Shown here: in pieces, positions 41,035 through 53,000 of the stretch
How positions within the stretch are numbered: position 1 is the stretch's first letter
How the letters are laid out: the number at the start of each line of letters is the position of its first letter
Assembly: GCA_013239625.1 (NCBI GenBank)
Contig: MU053482.1
Coordinates: 471,168-535,167 of the forward strand
DNA length: 64,000 bases
Source of the DNA: Lama guanicoe
Taxonomy: Eukaryota
Direction of reading: 5' to 3'
Position numbers and translations under genes: made by a program
Notes under the pieces: generated by a model
The model's database searches: none
What the model was told of the DNA's origin: nothing
The model's input: only the letters and a program-made list of their open reading frames with translations

Positions 41035-44000
41035 CTAGATGTGCAGCTCTGTGTCATCAGGTGGCTCCAGGCCGGACTCTGCACTGAGTGCTGAGGCTGA
41101 GGGGCCCTGGGCCACCCCAAATGGTGAGACAACAGGTGAGCGAGCAGCCAGAGGAGACAGCGATGGGGAGAAGCTGGGGGACATGGCAGCTGAGGACAGG
41201 GAACCCTCATGGCTGATTGGGGAGCGGTGAGAGGCCGGTGGGAAGATGGCCCGAGTTGCAGCCGTGCTGGCTGGCTTGGGGGGCACAGACTTGGCTCCTG
41301 GGTGGGCCACAGCAGTGATGAGGGGTGGTGGGTCAATACGGGGAGCCGGGGGACATGGCCGAGCTTCATCCTTGAGCCGGGCGATCTCTGTGAAGACGCT
41401 GGCCAGCGGCTGGAACTGAGGGCACCAGCTCAGCAGGTAGTCCCAGTTATAGCTGCCACGGAGCTCCTCCTCACCGGCCACAATGGCCGTCAGCGCACCT
41501 GCCACACATGGCTTGCCATCTGCTGGAAAGCCATAGTCCCCGGTGGGTGCGGGGCTTAGCCCACAGCCACCCAAGAAGGCTGTGGCAGTGGCTGTGGGGC
41601 CCTCTTCTCGGTACAGAGTGGCTCCTGTGCCCGGCAGCAGCAGCCCTGCCTTGCGGCCCTTATACCAGGTGTCAGGGGCAGGTGGCTCACAGGATGTGTC
41701 ACTCAGTCCATCTGCATCCTGCTGGATGCCGGAGTCCGGGCCACGGGCAGCCAGCGAGGAGGCCACACTGGCCACACGCGGGAACTCGTTGATCATGCGG
41801 ATCTCGTCATCCTCTGCAGCCTCTGCTGAGCCTCGGCCACTTGAGTGTGAAGGGTCTAGGGAGCCACCACGGGGGTAGGGTCCTCCAGCTCCTGGCCCAC
41901 CGTAGCTGGGGAGAGTCTGGTGATACAGGTGCTCTGAGGGCGGAGGGCTGGGGGGCTCTCGGCCCAGCTTCTGCAGGGAGCCACTGGCCAGGGGTGCTGC
42001 CTGTGACATCGGGCCAGGCGCTGCCTCAGCCTTGCGGTTACGGGCCCGCACCAGCCCGAGCACCAGGGCTGCCAGTGCAAGCACCACCACGACTCCCAGG
42101 GAGGCCGCCACAGCCCCCACCAATAGCAGGTTGAGGTCGGGTGCCAGGCCCAGCGCAGTGTGGGTGATGTCCACAGTCACAGGCACCGTGGCACTCCGGG
42201 AACCAGGCAGAGGCCCCCGTGCCACCACCTCCAGCCTCAGCTCCCGTGGTGCCTCTCGCCGGGTCCGGCCCCCACTCCCAGAGGTGCCCGTTCCACTGCC
42301 TGGTGCCCGGCTGTCCACCCGCAGGTATAGGGCACCTGTAGTCTGGTTGATACCAAAATAGGGGGAAGAGGTGGCAAGGGAATAGAGCACCAGGCCATCA
42401 GCACCTCCATCCTCATCTGTGGCCTGCACATGACCCAGGCTGTGGCCACGCCTGGCACCTTCTGGCACTTGGAAGTGGAAAGCTGGAGCCAGGAATACTG
42501 GATCATACTCATCCTCGCCAGTCACCAGCACTGACACGGTGACTGAAGCTGACAGATTCCCAGCATCGGTAGCACCCACCAGCAACTGGAAGCTTCCTGT
42601 GTGCTCGTAGTCAAAGGCCACTCGTGCCCGCAACTCCCCTGTTGAGCTGTTCAGTGCAAACGCCTCATGGCCCTCAGGCCCTGGCCCAGCCTCCAGCAGG
42701 CTGTAGTGGAGCCTCCCGAAAGCCCCAGCGTCCCCATCAATAGCATGCAGCGTGGTCACAAGAGTGCCTGGAGGTTGGTTCTCCACCAGGCTGGTGCTGA
42801 GCAAGCTCAACGGGAAAGCCGGGCCATGGTCATTCACATCCTGGACCTCGATGGTCACTGGTGCCAGAGCAAAGTGTGCCCCGGCAGGGTCGGCAGCCTG
42901 CACGACAAGCTGATGTCGAGCCTGGGTCTCACAGTCCAAGGGGCGGGCCAGTCGCAAGTCGCCCGAGCTTTCATCCAGCTCAAAGAGCCCCAAAGGGTCG
43001 CCTGAGCTGAGGGTGAAACGCACCAGGCCGTGAGGGCCTGGGTCAGCGTCAGAGGCCTCCACCTGCAGCAGCTCGGCTCCAATGGGCGTGTCCTCGGGTA
43101 CTGCCACGCGGTAGGATGAGCGGGTGAAGACAGGTGGGTTGTCATTGACATCCAGCACAGTGACGGTGACCGGCACAGTTGAGCTGCGAGGTGGCTGCCC
43201 CCGGTCAGCTGCAGTCACAGTTAGATTGTACTGGGTTAGGCTTTCAAAGTCTAGAGGCTCAAGCAACACCAGGCAGCCCAGTGCCCGGGGGCCTAGTCCA
43301 CCACTCTCCCCAGCCTCAGCCAGCCGGGGTTCCAGCTGGAAGACTCGGCCCCGGTTGCCACTGACAATGCTGTAGTCTACAGTGGCGTGGGTGCGACTTC
43401 CATCAGCATCTGTGGCCTCCAGGGTGAGCAGGGTGGAACCAGGGGCCAGATCCTCAGTCACAGCCACACGGTAGTGTGGCAGTGTGAAGCTCGGGGCATG
43501 GTCATTCTGGTCCTGCAGCTGCACATGCACTGTGGCTTGTGCTGTCCGGCTCGGCATCCCATGATCTCGTGCTTCCAGCACCACATCCACCACTCCTGGC
43601 CCTTCATGACCCAAGGCCAATGTTCCCACTGTTGTGAACAAGGTCCCTGAGATGAGAAGGGAATGGAGAGAAATATATAGTCAGCAGAGGCTGTGGGTGA
43701 GCAGAGGGACCCTTCGGGGACTAGGAAATGGCGTTGGAAGTCAGACTCCCAACTCCTGGTATGTTAGGAGATGATGCAATGGCCTCCAGGCTTCAGGGAA
43801 TGGCCTCTAGACACACAGTCAGGACTGTGTTTAACATAGAGACAAAGGGGGAAAATGTCCTCCCTGGGTCAGAGATCCAGGAGTCAAGAGTTTAGGCAAG
43901 AAATTTTAAGAATAAGGCCAAAATACAGCCGAACACACTCCAGCATAAGGGAAGGACGCACCGTTGTTGGGGTCAACACTGAAGCCCTCAGCAGGGGAAG

Positions 44001-47000
44001 CCAGGTGGTAGGAGACGTGACCATTGACACCTGAGTCCCGGTCAGTGGCAGAGACGGAGATAATGGCACTGCCTGGGGGTGTGTGCTCAAGCAGCATCAC
44101 CTGAGGGGTGAGGACAAGTGTTTATGGCCAAGTTTCCCAGATGCCCTGCTGCTCACTCAGCCCATGTTCTGGAGCTTGGTCCCAAGAGCTCTGCTTGGCA
44201 TCCATTCCAGCATGGAGTTCTTACCCTTTAGTATGTGTGTTGTCCACCTTCCCCCATCTCTGGGCTCAGGATGAAGAACCTGGACACAGTTCCAGGGCTT
44301 GGAAGGCTGGGTTGAGATGGGACCCTTCTGTCCTCAGAGCTGCACCCCCAGATCAGTTCCAACATCCAGCCCTCCCCAGACCCTTCTAGCCTCATCACTT
44401 ACTGCCAGTCTGAACAACCTGGCCCGGGGGGAGACATCCAGGGGCACTGGTACCTGGTAGAGGCTCTGGGAGAAGGCAGGTGCATTGTCATTGACATCCT
44501 CCACAAGCACCGTGAGGTTGGCATGGCCCTCATGAGGTCCGTCATGTGCCAACAGCTGCAAGTGGTAGCGGTCACGCTGCTCGAAATCCAGGGGGCCCGT
44601 GAGGGAGAGGCGGCCTCCATAGCGGCCTACACTGAAGGGATCCTGGGGTCCAGATGGGCTCAGCACATACCACAGCACTGGTCCTGAGTCCACGTCATTC
44701 CCTGTTACCTGTGCAATCTCTGAGCCCAATAGTGCATCTGCAATACACAGCACAGGTGTGTTTGGCAGGGTCCCAGACAGTCCTGGAGCCCCAGAGTGGG
44801 AAACTGTACCACTCTACCACCCTTTGTACCTCTCACTTTGCCGGGCCCTCACCTTCTGACACTCGGAGCTCCCAGGGCTGGGGAATGGTGGGGCTGTTGT
44901 CATTGGTGTCAATGACCATCACTGTCAGGGTAGCTGAGCCCACCAGGGCTGGGCTTCCTCTGTCTGTGGCCATCAGTACAAGCCTGGACATAGAGCACAG
45001 TCAGGTGGTGGGACCTCATGGGAGATCCCTGGGCAGGGATAGGAGGACTCAGGACAGGCTAGTGGGTGAGGGACTCAGGATGTGGTCTAGGGATTGAGGG
45101 GGATTCAGTGCAGGACTTGAAACTGGATAGACAGGATGGGGTCTCAGGGTCTGCAGAGCCAAGCCTCACCGTGTTTCGGCCCAGATCTCACGGTCCAGGA
45201 TAGCTGTGGTAGTGATAGTGCCCGTGGCTGAGTCTACATGGAACAATCCCCGAGCTGGTTGGGATGCGGCCAGACTGTAGGAGATCTGTCCACTGGGGCC
45301 TTGATCCAGGTCATCTGCCTCCACCTGGTGGGAGGAGGCGGCTGCTGGCACTAGGCTGGCCACAAACAAAGTCTGCCCAGCCAGCCCTGTCCCCCATCTT
45401 CCCATCACATCCCACACCTGCAGCAGGGGTCCCTCCAAAGGCCTGGACTCGGGCAGAAAGGCCACATAGTGAGGCCGCAGGAAGCGGGGAGCATTGTCAT
45501 TGGCATCTTGCAGGGTTAGGGTCAGCACGGAGAAAGCAAAGGCTCCTCCACTCTCCGCCTGCAGCACCAGTCGCAGCCGTGGGCTTGCCTCAAAGTCCAG
45601 CCCCTCGGCCGAGCGAACTGTGATGGCTCCTGGGGGAGGCAGAATGCATCACTGACAGACCCCTCCCTTGCCCTAGAACCTCCCTCTCTGAGGCCCTTTA
45701 CTCAGGGGCAGCCTCTCCCCAACCAGAGTCTCCTTGAGCCCAAAGAGAAGCTCCCCAGAAGCCTATTCCCTCATAGAGCCCCCTGCTCCTGCCCCTTACC
45801 TGTACTAGGCTGGATGGAGAATGTCCCTTTCTCATTCCCACTGAGGATGCTGTAGGTGATGGGTCCACTTGAGCCTCCTGCATGGACAGCCTTAGGGGAG
45901 ACAATGGGAGTCCCTGCAGAGAGGATTGTATCAGACTGTGAGTGCTAGACTGACGGAGTCTGGGGACCATTTTTAGTGAGTAACCCCAGCCCATCCAGGG
46001 ATACAAAGCTGGGAGACATGACTGGGGACCCACCTGGGGGTGCATTCTCACGGAGCATGGCTTCACTACTAGCCCGGGGAAAGCGGGGTCCACGCTCAGA
46101 CTCCCCCTGCAGCCCAACAATGACCACACCTGTGGCAGAGCGAGCTGGACGGCCAAGGTCGGTGGCCACAATGAAAAGGACACGATCTCTGGGGCCCAGG
46201 GATACAGGGGATCGGGCCACACGAATTTCACCAGTGTAAGAGTCCACAGTGGTGCCAGGAGGTGGTGTGCCTGCCAGCCGGTATAGGATGGAGGCATTGG
46301 CACCAGCATCACGGTCTTCAGCTCGCAAAGTGGCCAGAGCCAGGGTTGGGGTGCTGAGGCTAGAGCCTGGGCGGGGCAGGCGCAGCCTCAGGGGACTGGT
46401 GGGAAAGGTGGGTGCGTGGTCGTTGACATCACGCACGGTGATGGTGACAGGCACTGTGGTGCTTAGGGGCCCAGCAGCTGCACCATCCACTGCGTTCACA
46501 GTAAAGGCATAACTGGGACACTGTTCTCTGTCCAGGGCTGCGGCTGTGCGCAATTCCCCAGAGCTGGGCTCCAGCAGGAAGGCTCCTGCTGCCCCTGCAC
46601 CCAGGTAGTAGGTCACGCGGCCATTGGCCCCAGCATCAGGATCATGAGCCTGTAGCTGCAGCAGCAGGGTCCCTGGAGGAGCATCCTCAGGCACCTCCAC
46701 AGAGTAAGCAGGCACAGGGAAGGCTGGGGCATGGTCATTGGCATCCAGCACTGTCACTGTCACAAGCAGAGTGGCACTGAGAGCTGGCTGGCCTCCATCC
46801 CGGGCTTCTATCTGCAGCTGGAATGCAGGCTCCACCTCCCGGTCTAGTGGCCTCATGGTGCCAAACTCCCCAGAAGCTTGGTCTAGGACAAAGGCTCCTG
46901 AGGGGTCCCCATCTGCAGAGAAGGGCATGCACACATAAACAAACATGGGAGTGGGGTTGATTTACAGGCAACAGTAAAGAGAGAGACAGAGAAAGAGAAA

Positions 47001-50000
47001 GAAAAGAGGAAAAGTGTGAGAAAGGCAGAGAAACAAAGAGGAACACGGAAGGTAAAGAAAGATACTACTTGTCTCAGAGTGTGGTCTGGGGACCCCAGGG
47101 ATTCCCCTGAGACCCTTTCCGGGAGAACATAAGATCAAAAATATTTTCATAGCAATACTGACATTATTTGACTTTTTCATTCTCATTAACTCACAAATGT
47201 ACCATGGAGCCCAAATGACGTATGATGACATCATTGCTTGGATGGTTAATGGAATGCGTGCTTATGCATTCTTATGTTTCTTAGAATACTCTGCGTAGAC
47301 ACTTTAGAGCATAAATATGCATTGTTTTCAGAGATTCATTTAGTTTTTGCTGGCTTGCCTTCAGTTACACCTGCTATAATCTTTGCAACCTCATTACTGT
47401 CCAACAAATTAAATTGTGAGTTGAAACCCCAAAATTTCCTTGGGCCTATGCATAAACATGACAAGCAGTTCACTTCATTGGCTTGTTCTGCAATGGTATT
47501 TAAAATCTTTCTCAGGTTTAACATCTAATATGGTAAATATTGATATATTGTATGTAATATATATATATAATGTATTTATTACATCATTATATCATATTTT
47601 ATCTTATTAATAAATATTGATGTCATGTAAGCCAAAGTTCTTTACAGCTCTAAAAAGTTAAGAATGTTAAGAGTTCCTGAGACTAAAAAGCTTTAGAACT
47701 ACTGCTCTATAGGGAGAAACAAGCAAGAAAGAAAAAGAAAAGAAACAGGAAGATAAAAAAAGACGAAGAGGGAGATCAAGAACTGGAGGGGCACAGAAAG
47801 AGACACTCAGAGACAGATATATGCATGAAAGAAAAAGAGGAAAATGTAAAGAGAAGACAGAGGAGACCCAGGCGCAGTGGGTCTAACACAGGCCAACAGG
47901 GAGTGGACCTGGGCAAATGAGTGTGGGAAGGTTCTCACCCAGGATGCGGTACTGCAGTTGCCCATTGACTCCCACGTCTGGGTCAGAGGCCCGCAGCGTG
48001 GTAAGGGTCTGGGGGTCCTGGCCCTCAGGCACCTCCAGGGAGAGATGGGCACTCCCAAAGGTTGGAGCATGGTCATTCTCGTCCTCCACAGCCACTCGCA
48101 CTGTCACATGGGTCAACAGCGGAGGCAAGCCCCCATCTCGGGCATACACTGTTGGGAAGCAAAATCTGAGATCTAGCTTACTCCCATCCCACAGAGGAAA
48201 CCACACCACATAGTGGTCACATGTGTTTACCAGGTGCACACAAAAATCAGAATATATACTTGTGTCAGAAGATGTTTTTTTCTTCTCATCTCCCATACTT
48301 GGTGCATGCATGATGTAGCTTGGATTAGTGGTGGTGTCACAGAAAAGGCACTAAATGAGGTAAAAAAAGATGTGGGATCAAGTCCCAGCTCTGCCATTTC
48401 CAAGCTATGTTAGGTTGAGCAATTCATTTAATCTCTCTAGTACTCAGGATTAATATGCCCCTCTGTTAAATGGCTACAGCATAATCTGAGGGATTCCTAG
48501 AGGGCCGAGCCGTGACATTATGCATTTAAGAGTTACTGTGATCACAGCGGTGACAGCCTAGAAGTCAGTTCACCTTGCACTCTGCCAAATTCTTGACTCC
48601 CCCCAAAGATTCAAAACTATAATAGAAGCTGTGCTGTAATAGGTGGAAGCTTCTTGAAGGTACTTTGGGGGTTCTGCCCATGTAACACTGGTGTTTATAG
48701 CACCTCTAGCTTTCGGGGTCCTGTCAGTGTGTACCTGTCAGGTTGATCTCCTCCTGCTCCTCCCGATCCAGGGCCTGAAGAGTTGTAAGAACTCCAGTGT
48801 CTGGGTCCAGGGAGAAGCTTTCGCCAGAGACGCCTCCATAAGTCACCTGCCCATTGGCCCCTGAGGAGGAGCAGCGTGGGGAAGACCAGAGGGTAAACAG
48901 ACTATCTCTCACTCTAGTCTATCCCTGTCTCAACTCATCCCCCCAGGTCTTACCCAGGTCAGGGTCGGTTGCCCGCAGAGTGAGCAGAGATGTGCCAGGC
49001 GGGCTGTTCTCACGCAAGAGGACGCTGTACTCCTGCTGCTGGAAAGCGGGTGCCTCATCGTTGACATCGGCGACACTGACAGTCAGGAGCTGCGTGGCTG
49101 AGCGCGGCGGGGAGCCGTGGTCGGAGGCCACCACAGTCAGCACATACTCAGCTCGCTGCTCGCGGTCTAGGGACCGCACCACGGACAGCGCTCCTAGGTG
49201 AGAGATCGGGGAGGTTGGAAGGAAACCTCAGTAGTCTCTCCGCATGAGCACCGTCCTCGCCCCCATCCTCTGGGCCCAACTCACCGGTGCTGGGGTGTAG
49301 CCGGAAATAGCCGTCCCCGCCAGCTGCCAGGCGATAGGACACGCGTGCGGCCTCGCCCAGGTCCGGGTCCCGGGCTACCACATGCAGCGCCGCGGGCCCA
49401 GGCGGCTGATCCTCGGGGAGGCGCACACGTGAAGGCGAGGCAAAGACCGGAGCGTTGTCATTCTCATCCGTGACAAAGACGCGCGCGGAAACGCGTGCTG
49501 CGCGGCGGCGGCTGGCGTTGGCGGGCCGGTCGGTGGCTTCCACAAGCAGCAGCAGAGCAGGTGTGGTCTCCCGGTCCAGGCCTCGCGGTGCGCTGAGCGC
49601 CCCGGTGCGCGCGTCCAGCCGAAGCGCAGGCACGGGCGGCTCCTGGCGCAGCAGGCGGTAGCGCACGTCGCTGTTGGGGCCCGGGCCGTCGGCGTCGGAC
49701 GCGCGAAAAGTGTACAGCGCGGCGCCGGGCTCGGGGTTCTCCGGCAGCGCCAGCGCCAGCGGGTCGCGCGCGAAGGCCGGCGCATGCTCATTCTCGTCCT
49801 GCACGCGCACCTGCACCCGCAGCAGCCGCGCGCCCGCGCCTCCCGGCCCCTCGGCTCGCACTGTGAGCGCGCGCCACGCCGGGCCCGCCTCGAAGTCTAG
49901 GGGCCGCGCCAGGTACAAGCGCCCGGAGGCCGCATCCAGCGCGAAGGTGCCCTCGGGGTCGGCGCCGCCCACCAGAGTATAGGTGAGTGCGCCCACCTCT

Positions 50001-53000
50001 GCCGACTCTGGCGGCGCCACGGAGCCCAAAAGGGAGCCGGGCCGAAGACCCTCGGTTGCTGTCACGGTCAGCACCACGGGCACAGGCGCCGCCGGGTCTG
50101 GCTCTGAGGTATCTGGTGGAGGCTCAGCAGAGCGAGCTGAGGGAAGCACCTGTGGTGGACCCGGGAGGGAGGACAGAATCAGGCGGACCCATGTAAAAGG
50201 GAACCTGGGCTGGCCTGCTGGGTAGCAGGAGGGGCGGTCAGAACAGCCTGACTAGAGGGCTCAAGGACTTCTGAAGATGGCGCTCTGGAGAGGGGGCGCC
50301 CACATTGGTGGCCAAGGAGAAGTGGACAGACTGGAGGAAGGGCAGCCATACCTGGACCAGCAGCTGGAGGCTGGAGCTCCGAGGGGGGCTGCCTTGGTCG
50401 TGAGCACTGAGTGTCAGAACATAATGAGGCCGTTCTGCCCGGATCAGGGGTGCTGCAGTGAGCAGCTCCCCTGAGTGAGGGTGCAGAGAGAAGAGCTCTG
50501 AGCCGGGACCTTGGGACAGGCAGGGAACAGGGAGGGCGTGCGTTCCAGAGCTGGACAGGTCATGAGGGCATGTTATCACCCATCAATTCCCTTCTCTCCA
50601 CCTCCCATACCAGTTAGCATGTACAGGATGGTTCCATTCTCCCCCTCATCCGGATCCTTGGCCTGCAGCGTCGTCACCAGTGTTCCTGGAGGCGCACCAT
50701 CTGGTACCTGTGGGAACATAAAACTCACCTACAGTTGTCTGCTTTCTGTTCTTGAGACAACTCAGGATGAGTTCCCCTCACCAGTATGCAAGCAGAGCCC
50801 CCTGTTTTGCTCTCACTCCTGTTCCAAGGTACAATCGCTCGTACCTACACCTACAGCTCTAGGCAGAGACCCACACACCCTCTCACTTCAGGGCGGGGTC
50901 CTGCAGCTTCACGTACCTGTATAGGGAGGCCCCCACCAGCAGCCCCTGAAGCCTGCAGGAAGGTGGGGCTGTTGTCATTGAGGTCGAGGACTGCAATGTG
51001 TACTGTTCCTGTGGTACTGCGGGGTGGGCTCCCCCCATCCTGCACCTGCACCAGGAGCTGGTAGCTGCTCTGCTTTTCACGGTCCAGGGTTTGCAGTGTG
51101 GTCACCTCTCCTAAGAGTGCAGGATAGATAGAGATCATGTATGGAGCAGTTAGGGATGCAGAGCCTGAGGTCTGTGGCTGAGAGGCTGGGGTTTGGGAGT
51201 GTGGGAGGGAATGCCAGAGTTAAAACTCTAGGCTCGGTCCTGGTCCTCATGGCGGGGCTCTGGGGATCCTGTCTGGGTATTCACTAGTCTAAGGATGAGG
51301 CTATGGAGTCTCAGATTTTGGGTCCCAGTGCTCACCAGTCTGCGGGTGGATGCGGAAGGCCTTGCTGTCTTCTGACAGCTGTCGCAGGCTGTAGGTCAGA
51401 CGTCCATTGGGTCCTGAATCTCGGTCAGTGGCAAAGACCCGGCCCACACTGGTCCCTGGGGGCTGGTTCTCAGCCACAGCCAGGAAGGTGGGCTCCTCAG
51501 ACAAGCGAGGACTGTGGTCATTCTGGTTGAGGATGCTGACCCTCACGGTGGCTGTGGCTGTCTGCTGCCCCAGCTCAGCTTTGGACCCAGACACTGCCAT
51601 TACCTTCAGTGTGTACAACTCCTGGGCCTCACGGTCCAGTGCTGCTCGCACCCATAGCCACCCACTATGTGGTTCCAGGCCAAAGGGGCTACTGGGCCCA
51701 TCTGCTGCAAGATGGTAGGTGACAGGGCCCCCATCTGGTGCTCGAGCCTGCACTTGCAGGACCTGAGTTCCAGGGGTGGTGCCTGAGGGCAGGTCCACAC
51801 GGTAGGTAGGGCTGTCGAAGTGGGGAGCCAGCCCGCGGGTCCCCAAGTCCTGTACCACCACTCGCAGTCGAAAGTGGCTGGTGCGGGGTGGGGAGCCCCC
51901 ATCCCGGGCTTCCAGCTCCAGTTCATGGGCTGGCCCCCCTGGAGGCCCCAGAGGTCCCATTAGCCGTACGCGGCCTGTGGTGGGGTCCACAGTGAAGGCC
52001 CCAGCACCCCCAGCAAGCAGGGTAAAGGTGACCCGACCGTTAATGCCTGAGTCGGGGTCCAAAGCCCGCAGTGTATAGATGGGGGTCCCTGGGGCCATGC
52101 TTGATGGCAGCAACACTGTGTCTTCAGGCGCAGGGAAGGCAGGGGAGTTATCATTCACATCATCCAGCAGCACACGCACCCGAGCTACAGCAAAAGCCGG
52201 GGGCACACCACTGCCTGCCCGCACCTCCAGCTCCAGCACTGGTCCCAGCAGCTCCCGGTCCAGAGGGCGAAGCGTTTGTAACAGTCCTGTGGCTCCATCT
52301 AGGGAGAAGAGCCCTCGGGGATCCCCGCCTGAGAGGGCGAGGGTCACAGGCCCCAGGCGACCTAGGGAAGAGGAGAGAAGAGTCAGGAAAGAGATGAGGG
52401 GGCACCTATTGAGCTGGGGCCCAGACTCTGATCCTCCAAAGGGCTAGGCAGCGCCCACACTGGGCCTTTCAAAGTATTAGGGAGAGGGGTAGGTGTTGGC
52501 AGAGAAGCTACATGGCACTAGGGTGACACTCACGTACCCGGGGATGAAGCAGAGTGCCCACACCACGCCCAGCCCAAGAAGGTGGTGAGGACCGGAACAG
52601 AGTGTTTTGTACTGGGACTATCTATGAGGAATATGCGACGGCTATGCTTGGGTGTCTGGGTATGGCACTGAGTGGATATAATGATAAGTGATACCTGGGG
52701 GGTTGTGTGCCTGGACTACGCCCACACTGGTGCCTGGTGCCACATCCTCTGGCACAGAAAAGACATACTGTAGTTGCTCAAATACTGGTGGCAGGGGAGT
52801 TCCAGGCACGATGCTGATGTTGACTCGGGCACTGGGCTCTGCCTGCAGGCCACCTCCATCCTGCGCCCCGATCTCCAGCTGCACCACAGAGTTGGCCCGT
52901 CTGGCCAAGGGCCAGGCTACTGTCAACAGCCCTGGGAGGAGGGACAGAAGTGAGGATGTATTAGGAAACAGAACAGAGCTGGAAGGCTGGGGTTGGGGGC

